A stretch of 62,023 nucleotides of DNA, the filler included, from Deltaproteobacteria bacterium (GTDB lineage Bacteria > Myxococcota > JACRCW01): the NCBI GenBank assembly GCA_016218805.1. It is 3 parts of 3 records of this genome, joined end to end, with 100 filler letters (N's around TTAATTAATTAA, not from the genome) between each part and the next. Parts side by side here need not be neighbours in the genome. Positions count along the whole stretch, not along the records: positions 1 to 15,592 come from JACRCW010000119.1; 2 more parts are not named here. The stretch is one strand, 5' to 3'. This document shows, piece after piece, positions 1-11,028 of the stretch. Position 1 is the stretch's first letter. Every line of letters begins with the position of its first letter. Below the pieces are notes generated by a model. The model was not told the origin of the DNA and searched no databases. It saw only the letters and a list, made by a program, of their open reading frames with translations. Both the position numbers and the translations under genes were made by a program.

Positions 1-2
1 CT

Positions 3-1058
3 GCCCTCCCGCTGCCCGCGCTGGAGCGCGCCCGTGACGAGTTCCTGGACTTCCAGGGGTCCGGGATGTCCATCATGGAGCACAGCCACCGCGGCAAGGA
101 GTACGAGGCCGTCCACAACGAGGCCATTGCCCTGCTGCGCAACGAGCTGTCCATCCCCGACGCGTACCACGTGCTGTTCATGCAGGGCGGCGCCCATCTG
201 CAGTTCTGCACGCTGCCCATGAACTTTGCGCACGGCGGCAAGCAGGCGGACTTCGTCATCACCGGGCACTGGGCCAAGGTGGCGCTCAACCACGCCAAGG
301 CGCTGGGCAGCCCGCGCGTGGCCTGCACCACCGAGGTGGACGGTAAGTTCACCCGCATCCCCAACCAGGCCGAGATCAAGGTGGACCCGGCGGCCGCCTA
401 CGCGCACCTGACCACCAACAACACGATCTTTGGCACGCAGTTCCACTACGTCCCGGACGTGGGCAACGTGCCGCTCATTGCGGACATGAGCTCAGACTTC
501 CTGTGGAAGAAGTTTGACGTGAGCCGTTACGCGCTGACCTACGCCGGCGCGCAGAAGAACATCGGGCCGTCCGGGATCGTCGTCGTGGTGGCGCACAAGG
601 ATTTCATTGAGAAGAACGAGCGCAAGGACCTGCCGGAGACGCTCAAGTACAGCACGTACGCCAAGAACAATTCGCTGTTCAACACGCCGCCCACGTTTGC
701 CATCTACATGGTGCGCAACGTGCTGGCGTGGATGAAGTCCGTGGGCGGGCTGGCGCAGGTCTCCAAGTGGAATGACGAGAAAGGCGCGCTGCTGTACGGC
801 GCGCTGGACCGGATGAACGCGTTCTACAAATGCCCGGTGGAGAAGGACAGCCGGTCCTACATGAACGTGGTGTTCCGCCTGCCGACGGAGGCGCTGGAGG
901 AGACGTTTGTATCTGAGGCCAAGAAGGCCGGCATGGTGGGCCTCAAGGGGCACCGCTCCGTTGGCGGCATCCGCGTGTCCACCTACAACGCCGTCACCGT
1001 GGACAGCGTGAAGACGCTGGTGTCGTTCATGGAAGCGTTTGCCAAGAAGAACGGCTGA
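3..1058 (+). CDS. serC: 3-phosphoserine/phosphohydroxythreonine aminotransferase (5' end outside window)
   Basis: Frame is open to the window edge ([30 protein letters not shown]). Motifs [33 protein letters not shown] (PLP lysine), [20 protein letters not shown]. Confidence 0.97.
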   Translation, partial: ALPLPALERARDEFLDFQGSGMSIMEHSHRGKEYEAVHNEAIALLRNELSIPDAYHVLFMQGGAHLQFCTLPMNFAHGGKQADFVITGHWAKVALNHAKALGSPRVACTTEVDGKFTRIPNQAEIKVDPAAAYAHLTTNNTIFGTQFHYVPDVGNVPLIADMSSDFLWKKFDVSRYALTYAGAQKNIGPSGIVVVVAHKDFIEKNERKDLPETLKYSTYAKNNSLFNTPPTFAIYMVRNVLAWMKSVGGLAQVSKWNDEKGALLYGALDRMNAFYKCPVEKDSRSYMNVVFRLPTEALEETFVSEAKKAGMVGLKGHRSVGGIRVSTYNAVTVDSVKTLVSFMEAFAKKNG

Positions 1059-1103
1059 ACGCGTCATTGCGGTGAGGCGTCGGGCGGGCCAACATCCGTC
1101 CTG

Positions 1104-2222
1104 ATGCGCCCCCGCGCTCTCCTGGGTGTCCTGGCCGTCGTGGTGGCCGCTGCGTGCGACCCCGCGGTGGAGGATGGCACCGCCTGCGGCCACGAGCTGT
1201 GCGGCCCGGGCACGCGGTGCGTGGCGTCGGAATGCCGGGCCACGTGCGAAAAGCTTGAGGACTGCGCCATCACCGAGACGTGCGAGGGCAACGTGTGCCT
1301 GCCGTCTGCCTCGGTGTCCTCGGGCGGGGCGGCCACCGCCTTCTCGCTGGCCGTGAGCCAGGCCCCCAGCGCCGCGTCGTCCTCGTCGTCGTCGTCCGCG
1401 CCGTCGCAACCTTCGTCCGCCACGCCGCCACCGCCGTCGTCGTCGCCGCCGCCCGGCACTTCGTCGCGGCCGCCCTCGTCGTCCCGGCCGCCCAGTTCGT
1501 CCGCGCGCCCACCGTCGTCGTCGTCCTGCACGCGGAATGCGTGCGGCGGGTGCAGTGCGCTGGCGGGAACCCCGGGGACGGCGTGTGGCACATGCGGCAC
1601 CTGGCACTGCAACGGTGGCAACGCGGTCAGCTGTGACAATCCGGGTGTCGCGTTCGACACCGCCGCGACGTTTGCGGTGCTCTCCGGGTTCCACGCGGAC
1701 TGCAACGCCGCGTCCGAGGCGGTGGCGGGCGCGTGCTTTGCGGCCATCAACCGGTACTGCGCGGACCTGGGATGCGCGCGCAGCGGCTTTGGCGCCGTGG
1801 AGGCACAGGAGTCCCTGCTGCAATTCACCTGCACGGGTGGCACCGCGTACCCCAACGTCCCCTACGCCACCCTGGCCGCGCGCCATCCCTTCTGTGATGG
1901 CTCCATCCAGCGCCTGGGGGCCGCGTGCAACCTCGCCATCCACCAGGAGTGCATGGGCCGCGGGTTTGTCACCGGCTACGGCCCCACGGAGAACTACGGG
2001 AACAACCTGGACTTCGTGTGCCTGCCCACCGCGTTCCTCGTGGACACTTCGTACGCAGCGCTGTCGGCCTATTTCGCGCAGTGCGACGGATCGACGATGT
2101 CGTGGGGCATGGACTGCAACGCGGCCATCCACCGCTTCTGCCTGGATGGCGGGTATGAGAGCGGGTTTGGCCCCGTGGCGTTCCCGGGCAGCGGGTCCCT
2201 CACGGTTGCCTGCGTGCGCTGA
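1104..2222 (+). CDS. Cys-rich lipoprotein with Ser/Pro linker and three ~68-aa C-terminal repeats
   Basis: Lipobox-like VAAAC; Ser-rich linker; repeats CFAAINRYC..SGFGAVE, CNLAIHQEC..TGYGPTE, CNAAIHRFC..SGFGPVA. Confidence 0.8.
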   Translation: MRPRALLGVLAVVVAAACDPAVEDGTACGHELCGPGTRCVASECRATCEKLEDCAITETCEGNVCLPSASVSSGGAATAFSLAVSQAPSAASSSSSSSAPSQPSSATPPPPSSSPPPGTSSRPPSSSRPPSSSARPPSSSSCTRNACGGCSALAGTPGTACGTCGTWHCNGGNAVSCDNPGVAFDTAATFAVLSGFHADCNAASEAVAGACFAAINRYCADLGCARSGFGAVEAQESLLQFTCTGGTAYPNVPYATLAARHPFCDGSIQRLGAACNLAIHQECMGRGFVTGYGPTENYGNNLDFVCLPTAFLVDTSYAALSAYFAQCDGSTMSWGMDCNAAIHRFCLDGGYESGFGPVAFPGSGSLTVACVR

Positions 2223-2261
2223 GTTGCGGGCGGCGTTGCCGCTGCCGCAGGATGACGTCCC

Positions 2262-2678
2262 ATGGCCCCAACGCTGCTGCTCCTTGCCACGCTCCTTGCG
2301 CCCGCACAGGAGGACGCCTTCCCCCTGTCCCCCGGCGAAGCCGCTGCCGACGAGAACCCCTGGAACGCCCGCGGTGTTGCGGCGCGGCTGATCACCGGGA
2401 CCACCACCTGCACGCTGTGCAGCAGCGGCTGTTGCGGGGTGGGCTGGGGGCTGGCCGGCGGCACCATCATCCTGTCCGGGCTGTCCAGCCTGCCCCAGGT
2501 GAACACGCCGCTGCTGGCCGCCGGCGCGGGCGCGTGCGGCGTGGGCGTGCTCCTGGCCCTGACGCTGCTGCTGTTCCCCGTGATCAGCATCCCCCTGGGA
2601 TTTGTTGGGCTGTGGGACTGGCAGACGTTCTACTGGGTGGCGGAGTTCATGCTGACAATGATGACGGTGATGTTCTGA
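2262..2678 (+). CDS. small hypothetical membrane protein
   Basis: Signal-like N-terminus and several hydrophobic segments; GC3-rich codons. Confidence 0.6.
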   Translation: MAPTLLLLATLLAPAQEDAFPLSPGEAAADENPWNARGVAARLITGTTTCTLCSSGCCGVGWGLAGGTIILSGLSSLPQVNTPLLAAGAGACGVGVLLALTLLLFPVISIPLGFVGLWDWQTFYWVAEFMLTMMTVMF

Positions 2679-2708
2679 GGGGCCGCGCGTAGGAAGATCA
2701 AACCCGCA

Positions 2709-3443
2709 TCACGTCAGCAACGGCAACACGCCCACGGCGGCCACCGTGGCCAGGCCCAGCGCCAGGGGCCACAGCAGCAGCGTCCCGGCGTGCAGCGCCG
2801 CGGTGCCCGTCACCACCCACGGAAGCGTTTGCGCCGTGGTGGCGGAGACCGGCGGCTGCGGTGCCACCTGGTAGAGCGTCCAGGCCGCGGCCAGCGGGGG
2901 CAGCACCAACGCCGCACCCACCAGGTGCCACAGGGGCAGCAGCGCGCATGCGGCCAGCGCCGCCGCAGTGCCCGCGCGCAGCGCCAGCTTCCCCGGCGTC
3001 CGCCCGCGCGCGTCCAGCATGGCCAGGATGTGCGTGAGGGCCGTGGCCATCAGGGCGGCCAGCGCCACGCCCATGGCGGGCAGCGCCACGGCCGCGGCCA
3101 GCATGGCGCCCAGCAGCGCGGTGGAGGGATCCCCCTGCGGATGGAAGAACCCCGCCAGCGGCGGATCCCTCAGCTTCCCGTCAAAGTACGCCACGGGCGA
3201 AGTGGCGATGGACAACCAGAGTCCCGCCAGGCTGCCCGCCCCGCCGGTGGCCAGCGCGCCGACGGAGAGGAACGCCAGCACGGACTGGACGGGCAGGAGC
3301 TCCTGGGCGGTGGCGTCTTCAAGTTGCAGGCTGGCATCAGCCGGTGCCGCAGCACCCGGCAGTGTGTCCGGGGCCGGCACGGCAGGCTCCGGGGTGCCCG
3401 CCAGGAGCACCACGCCGAAAAGCGCGCACAGGGCAGAGATCAT
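2709..3443 (-). CDS. hypothetical multi-pass membrane protein
   Basis: Start re-chosen at MISALCALFGVVLL (signal-like); about 5 hydrophobic helices. Confidence 0.6.
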   Translation of the reverse strand: MISALCALFGVVLLAGTPEPAVPAPDTLPGAAAPADASLQLEDATAQELLPVQSVLAFLSVGALATGGAGSLAGLWLSIATSPVAYFDGKLRDPPLAGFFHPQGDPSTALLGAMLAAAVALPAMGVALAALMATALTHILAMLDARGRTPGKLALRAGTAAALAACALLPLWHLVGAALVLPPLAAAWTLYQVAPQPPVSATTAQTLPWVVTGTAALHAGTLLLWPLALGLATVAAVGVLPLLT

Positions 3444-3556
3444 GACACAGGCTTGTCCCAGCGAGGCGGGCGCTGCAAGCGTGGCTGCACCCGGCGTTTG
3501 TGCGGCATGCTTAGGTGCGCGGGCACATGCCCGGGAGAGAGAAGGCCACGGTGGAC

Positions 3557-4807
3557 ATGCTGGAGCAGCTCCGGGCACTGGATGCCGCCGTGGCGCGGGC
3601 GGTGGCGCTCGCGCGGGAGCTGGAGGAGCTGCGCGCGGTGGTGCTGGCCGCGCGCGACCGGGCATGGGAGGAGCTGGCCGCCCAGGTGCTTCCGGTGCTG
3701 GACGCGGCCCCGCTGGACCGGGCGTGCCAGCTGCTGGGCGTCCCGGCGTTGGCCTCGTCGCTGGTCCTGGGAGCGCACGGGCAGGAGCGGGGTGAGCTGG
3801 CGGCGCGCCTGGCCGAGGTGGGTCCCGCGGCGGAGGCGGAGGCCGGTGACCGGTTGGATGCGCTGGAAGTGCAACAGCGCGAGCTGCGCGAGTGGATCGA
3901 CTCCGTCCGCGCCGGGGTGGCGCGGCGGCTGGCGGACCCGCGGTTTGCCGCGGCGGTGACGACGGAGGGAGCCGCGTGGTGGACGTTCAGCCACTGGCGC
4001 AACGCGCGCGCGGAGGAGGCGCTGCTGGCGCGGCACGGCACGGCACTGGGCACGCGCACGCTGGCGGAGCTGCTGGACAAGCACCGCGCGCAGGCGGACA
4101 CGCTCAAGGACCTGGAGGCGCAACAGGCGGCCCTGTCCCGCGAACGCGCGTTGACGCGCAGCCGCGTGGGACGGGCGCGGGATCTTGCGGCCACCGCGGC
4201 GGGATTGGACGCGCGCCACCTGGGGTTGGCCCGCAAGCGCGTGGTGGAGGCGCTGGGCGCGCTCAAGGACGCGGCGCTGCTGCGCACGTCGGCTGGGGTG
4301 GCGGGCGGGGCGGCCATGGCCCGGCGCGTGCTCGGGCTCGGTGCCAAAGCGCGCTATCTGGATGCGCTGCGCACGCACGTGGTGGCGCCGGTGGAGGCCA
4401 GCGCGCGCGAACACGCGCAACGGATTGCGCAGGCCATGGAAGCCGGGCTGGCCAACGTGGCCTACGCCCGGGAGGACGTTGCGGTCCGGTTGGTGGCGCG
4501 GCTGGACGAAGCGCGCGCCCTGGTGGACCGGCTGATCGCATTTGACGCGTATGAACGCTACGCGCCTGAAGTGCACCCGTTGTGGTGGGACTGGTTCATG
4601 GATGGCGAGGAGCCCGGCACGCACATCCCTGAAGTGGCGGTGTTCCGCGCGGAGCACCGCGGCGTGGTGTTCCGCCCGCCCGCGGTGGAGGCAGCCCCGC
4701 CATCCATGCCTGTGGACCCGTTCTACCAGCCGGGCCGCGAGCTCCTGTTCGGATCCACGGCGGACACGCCGCTCACGCCGGACGACGACGACGACAAGAA
4801 GACCTGA
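3557..4807 (+). CDS. hypothetical helical/coiled-coil protein
   Basis: Long Ala/Leu/Glu/Arg-rich ORF with high GC3; start taken at MLEQLRALD. Confidence 0.7.
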   Translation: MLEQLRALDAAVARAVALARELEELRAVVLAARDRAWEELAAQVLPVLDAAPLDRACQLLGVPALASSLVLGAHGQERGELAARLAEVGPAAEAEAGDRLDALEVQQRELREWIDSVRAGVARRLADPRFAAAVTTEGAAWWTFSHWRNARAEEALLARHGTALGTRTLAELLDKHRAQADTLKDLEAQQAALSRERALTRSRVGRARDLAATAAGLDARHLGLARKRVVEALGALKDAALLRTSAGVAGGAAMARRVLGLGAKARYLDALRTHVVAPVEASAREHAQRIAQAMEAGLANVAYAREDVAVRLVARLDEARALVDRLIAFDAYERYAPEVHPLWWDWFMDGEEPGTHIPEVAVFRAEHRGVVFRPPAVEAAPPSMPVDPFYQPGRELLFGSTADTPLTPDDDDDKKT

Positions 4808-4810
4808 GCG

Positions 4811-5752
4811 TCACTTGCGGTGCGTGTAGATGTCGTGGCGGATGTCGCGCGGGAGGTTCCACCCGGAGGGGTCCGGGCCGGAGAGTTCGCCCAGGTTGAC
4901 GTCGGAGATCACCAGGTCGGGGTGCTTGCTGAGGTTGGGCAGCACGCCGTTGGGTCCGCAGAAGTAGCTCTCGCCAAAGTACGCCTGGTTCCACGGCGCC
5001 TCGGTGCCCCGCCGGTTGGACCCGCCTATGAACAGGTCATGCCGGGCAGCGTCCACGGGAAACTCCAGGTGCCACATGCGCTGGCTCTTCTGGCCAAAGG
5101 TCACCGCCGGGGCAAACACCAGCTCCGCGCCCTCCTTGGCCAGCGAATACATCACGCCCTCAAAGTGCCGGTCATAACAGATGGCCGCGCCAAGGAGGCC
5201 CAGCGTGGTGCGGAACACCGGGAAATAGCGGTTGGCGGACACGTTGGCCGGCGTGTCGCCGTCGTTCCCGTCGGAGCGGTCGTAGTAGAACGGCTCGTCA
5301 AAGCTGCCCTGCTCATTGGTCCCCTGCGGCAGGTGGGTTTTGCGGTACTTACCCAGAACCTCCCCCTTCTCGTCGATAAACACCGCGGTGTTGAACCGCT
5401 TGCCGGACGGGTCGCGCTCGTAGAGGGGTGCCACCACAATCATGCACAGGTCGCGCGCGGCAGCGCGCAGCGCGGTGACGGTGGGACCGGCGGCGGCGTC
5501 CTCCGCCAGGCCAAACCACATGGGGTCTTTGCCCAGGGCAAAGTACGGCGCCGTGAACAGTTCGCCAAAGCCAATCACCTGCACGCCGTGTTCACGGGCA
5601 ACGCGCATGAGCGCCACGTGGTGGTCCACGTTGGCACGGCGGATGTCCTCCAGGTGCTTGGACAGCGCGGGCAGCCCCGCCACCTTGTCCGGCATGTTCC
5701 GGTAGGCGTTGCTTGTCTGGGTCATGGCCGCACGGATAAGTCGTTTCTGCAT
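4811..5752 (-). CDS. nitrilase-superfamily carbon-nitrogen hydrolase, beta-ureidopropionase/N-carbamoylase-like
   Basis: Glu-Lys-Cys triad in [34 protein letters not shown]. Confidence 0.9.
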   Translation of the reverse strand: MQKRLIRAAMTQTSNAYRNMPDKVAGLPALSKHLEDIRRANVDHHVALMRVAREHGVQVIGFGELFTAPYFALGKDPMWFGLAEDAAAGPTVTALRAAARDLCMIVVAPLYERDPSGKRFNTAVFIDEKGEVLGKYRKTHLPQGTNEQGSFDEPFYYDRSDGNDGDTPANVSANRYFPVFRTTLGLLGAAICYDRHFEGVMYSLAKEGAELVFAPAVTFGQKSQRMWHLEFPVDAARHDLFIGGSNRRGTEAPWNQAYFGESYFCGPNGVLPNLSKHPDLVISDVNLGELSGPDPSGWNLPRDIRHDIYTHRK

Positions 5753-5759
5753 GGGTACC

Positions 5760-7022
5760 TCAGTCGCGCTCGTCCGCCAGGCCCAGCAGCACGTCCAGCA
5801 TCACGTTGACGCCGTTGGCACACTGCTCGGTTGTGGAGAACTCGCGCGGGTTGTGACTGATCCCGTCGTATTCGCCCGGGACAAAGACCATGGCGGCACG
5901 CGTGACGCGGGCCATCTCCTGCGCGTCGTGCCCTGCGCCGGAGACAATGGGCATGTTCACCAGCTTGCGCCGTCCCGCCGATGACGCGATGCGCTCCTGG
6001 ATGCCGCCGTCAAAGTGCGCGCAGTCCGTCCGCGCGGTCTGCCGCCAGTCGAGCTTCACGCCTTCCTCGCGGGCCACCAGTTCGTAGAACGCTTTGAGGT
6101 CCGCTTCGGCGGCGCGCATGAACGCGTCATCCGGGTTGCGCAGGTCCACCGTGGCCGTCATGCGCCCCGGGATGATGTTCACCAGTCCGGGCACGGGAAC
6201 CATGGCGCCCATGGTGGCGCGCATCTGCGTGCCGTAGCGGCCGGACGCGGTCATCTCCCGCATCTTCAGGTTCACGCGCGCCGCGGCCAGCCCCGCGTCC
6301 GCACGCAGTTCCATGGGCGTGGTGCCCGCGTGCGCGCTCTTCCCGGTGATGGTCAGTTCGTGCCAGGAGATGGCCTGCACACCGGTGACGACGCCCACGT
6401 CCATGTTCCGGGAGCGGAGCACGGGGCCCTGCTCCACGTGGCACTCCAGGTACGCGTGCGGCGGGGGCAGTTTCTCGTCGGTGTTACCCAGGAAGCCAAT
6501 CTTCTCCAGTTCACCGCGGACGGTGAGGCCGGCGCGGTCCTGGAGCGCGTACGCGGTCTCCAGCGGGATGCGGCCGGTGGCCACCGCGCTGCCCAGCATG
6601 TCCGTGCCAAAGCGTGAGCCCTCTTCGTCGGTGAAGAACCCAACGACGACCGGGCGCCGCGTGGTGGTGTTGGCGTCATTGAGCGTGTGGATGATCTCCA
6701 GCGCGCCCAGCACGCCCAGGCACCCGTCAAACATTCCCGCGGTGGGGACGCTGTCAATGTGTGAGCCCATCATGACGGGGCGCAGCGCGTTGTCCGTCCC
6801 GGGACGCCGCGCGTAGACATTCCCAATGCGGTCGGTGGTGACCGTCAGTCCCAGGGCTTTCATCTTTGCCGCCACGTGCCGGCGGCCTTCGCCGTCCGCG
6901 GCGGTGAGGGCCAGGCGGTTGACGCCGTGGAGGCCGGTGTTCCCGTCAACGTAACTGCCAATGCGCCCCAGTTCCTGCAATGAAGCGGTGAGCCGGGCCG
7001 GGTTGATGGAGAGTTCACTCAT
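5760..7022 (-). CDS. M20 Zn-dependent amidohydrolase (allantoate amidohydrolase/N-carbamoyl-L-amino acid hydrolase family)
   Basis: [53 protein letters not shown]. Confidence 0.93.
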   Translation of the reverse strand: MSELSINPARLTASLQELGRIGSYVDGNTGLHGVNRLALTAADGEGRRHVAAKMKALGLTVTTDRIGNVYARRPGTDNALRPVMMGSHIDSVPTAGMFDGCLGVLGALEIIHTLNDANTTTRRPVVVGFFTDEEGSRFGTDMLGSAVATGRIPLETAYALQDRAGLTVRGELEKIGFLGNTDEKLPPPHAYLECHVEQGPVLRSRNMDVGVVTGVQAISWHELTITGKSAHAGTTPMELRADAGLAAARVNLKMREMTASGRYGTQMRATMGAMVPVPGLVNIIPGRMTATVDLRNPDDAFMRAAEADLKAFYELVAREEGVKLDWRQTARTDCAHFDGGIQERIASSAGRRKLVNMPIVSGAGHDAQEMARVTRAAMVFVPGEYDGISHNPREFSTTEQCANGVNVMLDVLLGLADERD

Positions 7023-7042
7023 GGGTCACTCCGCACAGCGTC

Positions 7043-7184
7043 GCCTCCCCCCATGTGGGGGGAGGCCGGTCGATGCGGAGCATCGACCGGGTGGGGGGAG
7101 GAGGCAGGGGGTGGCGCAAGCGCTTGGCCCGCCGCCACCGCTTGCCCTGACGGGGCAGTCCGGCTCTCCCCGAGTGGGGGGAAG
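7043..7184. repeat. REP-like multi-hairpin palindromic element inside the operon
   Basis: GCCTCCCCCC-atgt-GGGGGGAGGC (7043-7066); CCGGTCGATGC-gga-GCATCGACCGG (7066-7090); weaker hairpins at 7143-7157 and 7164-7184. Confidence 0.7.
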
Positions 7185-7194
7185 TGAAAGTGTG

Positions 7195-8298
7195 TCACGG
7201 CAGCGCATCCATCCTGCTCCACAGCCGGGCCGCAGCATGTTTTGCATCTTCTACGATCTTCCCCAGCTCCGCGCGCACAAGCACGCCGTCCTGTACGACG
7301 ACGTCACCCGCGACGCTGACGTGCCGCGCGCGTCCATCCGGTTCGCGCGCGACCTGGTCATCCCAGTCCCGCCACAGCTCCGCCGCCAGCGCGTGGCCGC
7401 CGCCGGTGCGCGCGCGCCACAGCTCGCCGTCCAGCGGTTGTGCCGCGCTCTGGGATTCCACGCGCAATCCCGCGCGTTCCGCTGCCATGTCCGCCGCCCA
7501 CCCGTCGGTGCCCAGCGCCACATGCCGGCTGGCCACCAGCGCGCGCGCGTAGCCCACGCGGTTGCCCGCGTTGGAACGCGGATTCTGCACCAGCCAGCAG
7601 CCCCGGCTTTCCGCGTCGCGCACCTGCGGTTCGGACAGGTGGACCCCGTGCGCCAGGATGGACCCACGGGGCAGCGCGCCCAGTTGCGCCAGCCGCTCCA
7701 GCGGGCCCGCGTACCCGCGCCGCGTGGCGTCCACCACGTCGGCGCCGTCTTCCGCCACGTGCACGTGCATACGCACGCCCAGCTCACGCGCCAGCCGTCC
7801 CGCCTCGCGGATCGTCTCGTCGGACACGGTGAAGGACGCGTGCAGGCCCACGCCGCCCGTCACACGCGGCCGCGTGTTGTGGCGCAGGAACCGGCGGTTC
7901 TCTTCCAGTCCGCGCCGGCCTTCGTCCGGACCGCCGTTGCGGTCGGTTGCCCCGTACGCCACAAACAACCGCGCGCCCAGTTCGTGCGCGGCATCCGCCA
8001 GCACGTCCAGCGATCCCGCGATGAAAGTGGGCGATTCGTGGTGGTCCACCAGCGTGGTGGTGCCCGCCAGCAGCGCGTGGGCCACGTAATAACGCGCGGA
8101 GGCGCGCAGCGTGTCCTCATCCAGCGCGCGGTCCAGGCGCCACCAGACGCGCTCCAGGATCTGCAGGAAGTTCTCCGGGGGGGCCTTGGGCGCGGGCATC
8201 CCCAGCGGCGCCAGCCCGCTGTACAGGTGCGTGTGCGCGTTGACCTGCGCGGGTTCCACCGTCGTTCCGCGGCAGTCCAGGCGGTCCAGCGCGGTCAT
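7195..8298 (-). CDS. metal-dependent amidohydrolase, SsnA-like
   Basis: [69 protein letters not shown] overlaps the xdh stop codon (ATGA). Confidence 0.85.
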   Translation of the reverse strand: MTALDRLDCRGTTVEPAQVNAHTHLYSGLAPLGMPAPKAPPENFLQILERVWWRLDRALDEDTLRASARYYVAHALLAGTTTLVDHHESPTFIAGSLDVLADAAHELGARLFVAYGATDRNGGPDEGRRGLEENRRFLRHNTRPRVTGGVGLHASFTVSDETIREAGRLARELGVRMHVHVAEDGADVVDATRRGYAGPLERLAQLGALPRGSILAHGVHLSEPQVRDAESRGCWLVQNPRSNAGNRVGYARALVASRHVALGTDGWAADMAAERAGLRVESQSAAQPLDGELWRARTGGGHALAAELWRDWDDQVAREPDGRARHVSVAGDVVVQDGVLVRAELGKIVEDAKHAAARLWSRMDALP

Positions 8299-10928
8299 CG
8301 CCACGTGCTCCGGTCACCCTTGATGCGGCCCACGCTCATCGCCCGGGAAGCGGGCGAGTCCTTCATTGGCAGTTCGTACCGGCGGATACCGTCAAACGCC
8401 TCCAGCGCGCCGGCCACCGCTCCCGCCGTGGGAACCAACCCAATCTCGCCCACGCCCTTGGCACCAAACGGCCCCTCGGGCTCGTGGTCCTCAACCAGGA
8501 TCACCTCCACCGCGGGCATGTCACGCGACCGCAGCACGCCGATGTCGCGCAGCTTCACCGTCACCGGCATGCCGTTCACCGTTGGCAGTTCTTCGGTGAG
8601 CGCGTACCCCAGGCCCATGTGGATGGCGCCTTCAATCTGCCCCACGCACAGCGACGGGTTGATCGCCTTGCCCACGTCATGCGCGGCGACGAACTTCTCC
8701 ACCTTTCCTTCGCCATCCAGGATGCACAGCTGCGTGGCGTAGCCAAACGCGGTGTGCGTCTTGATCTTTGGCACGTCCGCGCCCAGCGGCGTGGTGTCCT
8801 TGATGACGACGTCCGCGGCGTACACGCGGCCCACCAGGTCCTTCAGCGTGAGCCCCTTGTCCAGGTCCACCTTCATCTTCTCGGCGGCTTCCTTGGCGGC
8901 GCGGCCGGAGAACAGCGTGGCGCGGGACCCGGTGGTCTGTCCGCAGCCCAGCACGTACGTGCTGTCCACGTACGCGCGGAACACGCTGCCGGGCAGCCCG
9001 GTCACCTCCACGGCGCACTGGATGAGGATGGTCAACAGGCCCTGACCCATCTCCGTGTAGCCGTTGTACAGGGACACGGTGCCGTCCTCCTCCACCACCA
9101 GGCGGCACTTGCCCCATTCGGCCACGCCATTGCCAATGCCGGAATTCTTGATGCCGCACCCGATGCCCACCGCTTTCCCGGCTTTCTTGGCCGCGTAATA
9201 CGCGTCCTTCACCGCGTGCAGCGTCTGCCGGATGCCCACGGACTTCTCCAGCACCTGGCCCGTGGAGAACACATCCCCCACCACGACGACATTGCGGTCG
9301 CGGATCTCCCACCCGTCAATGCCGACCTTCCTGGCCAACTGGTCCAGGCACCCTTCCATGGCAAACGACGCCTGGTTGGCGCCAAACCCCCGCATGGCGC
9401 CGCACGGCGGGTTGTTGGTGTACGCGGCCACCGCTTCAATATCCACGTGGGCCACCCGGTAAGGACCGCAAGCGTGCCCCGCGGCGCGCTCCAGTACCTT
9501 CCCGCCCACGGACGCGTACGCGCCGGAGTCGCCAATCATCCGCACGTGCACGGCGGTGAGCTTCCCCTGGGCGTCGCAACCCACGCGGTAGTGCATCTCA
9601 ATGGGATGGCGCTTGGGGTGCATACGCACGGATTCCTCGCGGCACAGCTTCACGCGCACGGGCTTGTTGGTGAGGAACGCCAGCAACGCCGCGTGCGCCT
9701 GCACGCTCATGTCCTCCTTGCCGCCAAACGCACCGCCGGACGGCGCCAACTCCACGTAGACGTTGTCCTCGGGGATGCCCAGAAACGCAGCCACCTGCCG
9801 GCGGTCGTCAAACACGCCCTGGCCTTGCGTGTACAAGCCCCACTTGCCGTCGGCCAGCGGCTCAGCCAGCGCGCACTCCGGTTCCAGGAACAGGTGCTCA
9901 ATGCGCTGCGTCTTCCACGTCCCCTCAACGACATGGGCGCTCTTCGCCAAAGCGTCCTCAGCGTTGCCGCGCGTGATGCGCGACCGGCTGAGCAGGTTGT
10001 CGTGCTTGGGGTTCACCTGCGGGGCGCCGGGCTTGATGGACTCCTTGGGGTCCAGGATCGCCGGGAGCACTTCGTACTCCACCTCCACCAGCGCGGTGGC
10101 GGCCCGCGCCGTGCGCTCGTCCACCGCAGCCACCGCGGCCAGCACGTCGCCCACGTAGCGGGTCTCCTCCCCCACGGCGATGAAGCCGGGCCAGTCGCTG
10201 TACAGGATGCCGTACCAGCGCTCGCCGGGAACGTCCGCCGCCGTGGCCACCGCCACCACGCCGGGATGCGCCCTGGCCTTGCTGACGTCAATGCGCTTCA
10301 CCCGGGCGCGCGCGTGCTGCGAGTACACCAGCGCGCCATGCAACATTCCCTCACGCTGCATGTCCGCCACGTAGGGCCGGTCCCCCAGCGTCATCTCCGC
10401 GCCGCCGTAGCGCGCCCAGGACTTCCCCACGCGCCCGTCCTCCGGCAGCACCGGCATCTGGCCCGTCTTCCGCGCCTTGGCGTACGTCTCAATGGCGTCA
10501 ATGATCTTGATGTACCCCGTGCAGCGGCACAGGTGCCCGTCAATGGCCTTGGTTATTTGCGCGCGCGTCGGCTCGGGATTGGCGTCCACCAGGTTCTTGG
10601 CGCGCAGCGCAATGCCGGGGATGCAGAAGCCGCACTGCAGCCCCGCCGCCGCCACAAACGACTTCGCCAGCATCTCACGCTCGACGGCGGGCAGCCCTTC
10701 CAGCGTGACGATCTGCTTGCCCTGCGCCTTGGTCACGTCCGTGGCACACGTGGTCTTGGCCTGTCCGTCCACAATGGCCAGGCAGCAGCCGCATTGGCCC
10801 TGGGGCGCGCAGCCGTCCTTGCAGGACTTGATGCCGCACTGCTCGCGCAGCGTGTCCATCAGTGACTGGCCGGGCGCCGCGTCAATGCGGCGCTTCTCGC
10901 CGTTGAGCGTGAATTCGACGGTGGTCAT
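8295..10928 (-). CDS. xdh: selenium-dependent-type xanthine dehydrogenase (fused 2x[2Fe-2S] + molybdopterin-binding domains)
   Basis: [61 protein letters not shown]. Start re-chosen at [10 protein letters not shown]. Confidence 0.88.
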   Translation of the reverse strand: MTTVEFTLNGEKRRIDAAPGQSLMDTLREQCGIKSCKDGCAPQGQCGCCLAIVDGQAKTTCATDVTKAQGKQIVTLEGLPAVEREMLAKSFVAAAGLQCGFCIPGIALRAKNLVDANPEPTRAQITKAIDGHLCRCTGYIKIIDAIETYAKARKTGQMPVLPEDGRVGKSWARYGGAEMTLGDRPYVADMQREGMLHGALVYSQHARARVKRIDVSKARAHPGVVAVATAADVPGERWYGILYSDWPGFIAVGEETRYVGDVLAAVAAVDERTARAATALVEVEYEVLPAILDPKESIKPGAPQVNPKHDNLLSRSRITRGNAEDALAKSAHVVEGTWKTQRIEHLFLEPECALAEPLADGKWGLYTQGQGVFDDRRQVAAFLGIPEDNVYVELAPSGGAFGGKEDMSVQAHAALLAFLTNKPVRVKLCREESVRMHPKRHPIEMHYRVGCDAQGKLTAVHVRMIGDSGAYASVGGKVLERAAGHACGPYRVAHVDIEAVAAYTNNPPCGAMRGFGANQASFAMEGCLDQLARKVGIDGWEIRDRNVVVVGDVFSTGQVLEKSVGIRQTLHAVKDAYYAAKKAGKAVGIGCGIKNSGIGNGVAEWGKCRLVVEEDGTVSLYNGYTEMGQGLLTILIQCAVEVTGLPGSVFRAYVDSTYVLGCGQTTGSRATLFSGRAAKEAAEKMKVDLDKGLTLKDLVGRVYAADVVIKDTTPLGADVPKIKTHTAFGYATQLCILDGEGKVEKFVAAHDVGKAINPSLCVGQIEGAIHMGLGYALTEELPTVNGMPVTVKLRDIGVLRSRDMPAVEVILVEDHEPEGPFGAKGVGEIGLVPTAGAVAGALEAFDGIRRYELPMKDSPASRAMSVGRIKGDRSTWR

Positions 10929-11028
10929 GCGTGTCCTCCGAGGGCGCGGGGACACTACACGGCGTCGCGCGGGTGGGCCAGACGCCGGGGGAGGGTGGAG
11001 CCGCAGACCGGGGGCGGAACCGTCGCCA

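Noticed and set aside
8484..10865. Long antisense or alternative-frame ORFs (also 29922-31895, 20778-22445, 6961-8742, 54374-55861)
   Set aside because: Shadow ORFs typical of high-GC coding DNA; they overlap well-supported genes.
8295..10928. Selenocysteine recoding in xdh
   Set aside because: No in-frame TGA; this family uses a labile Se cofactor.
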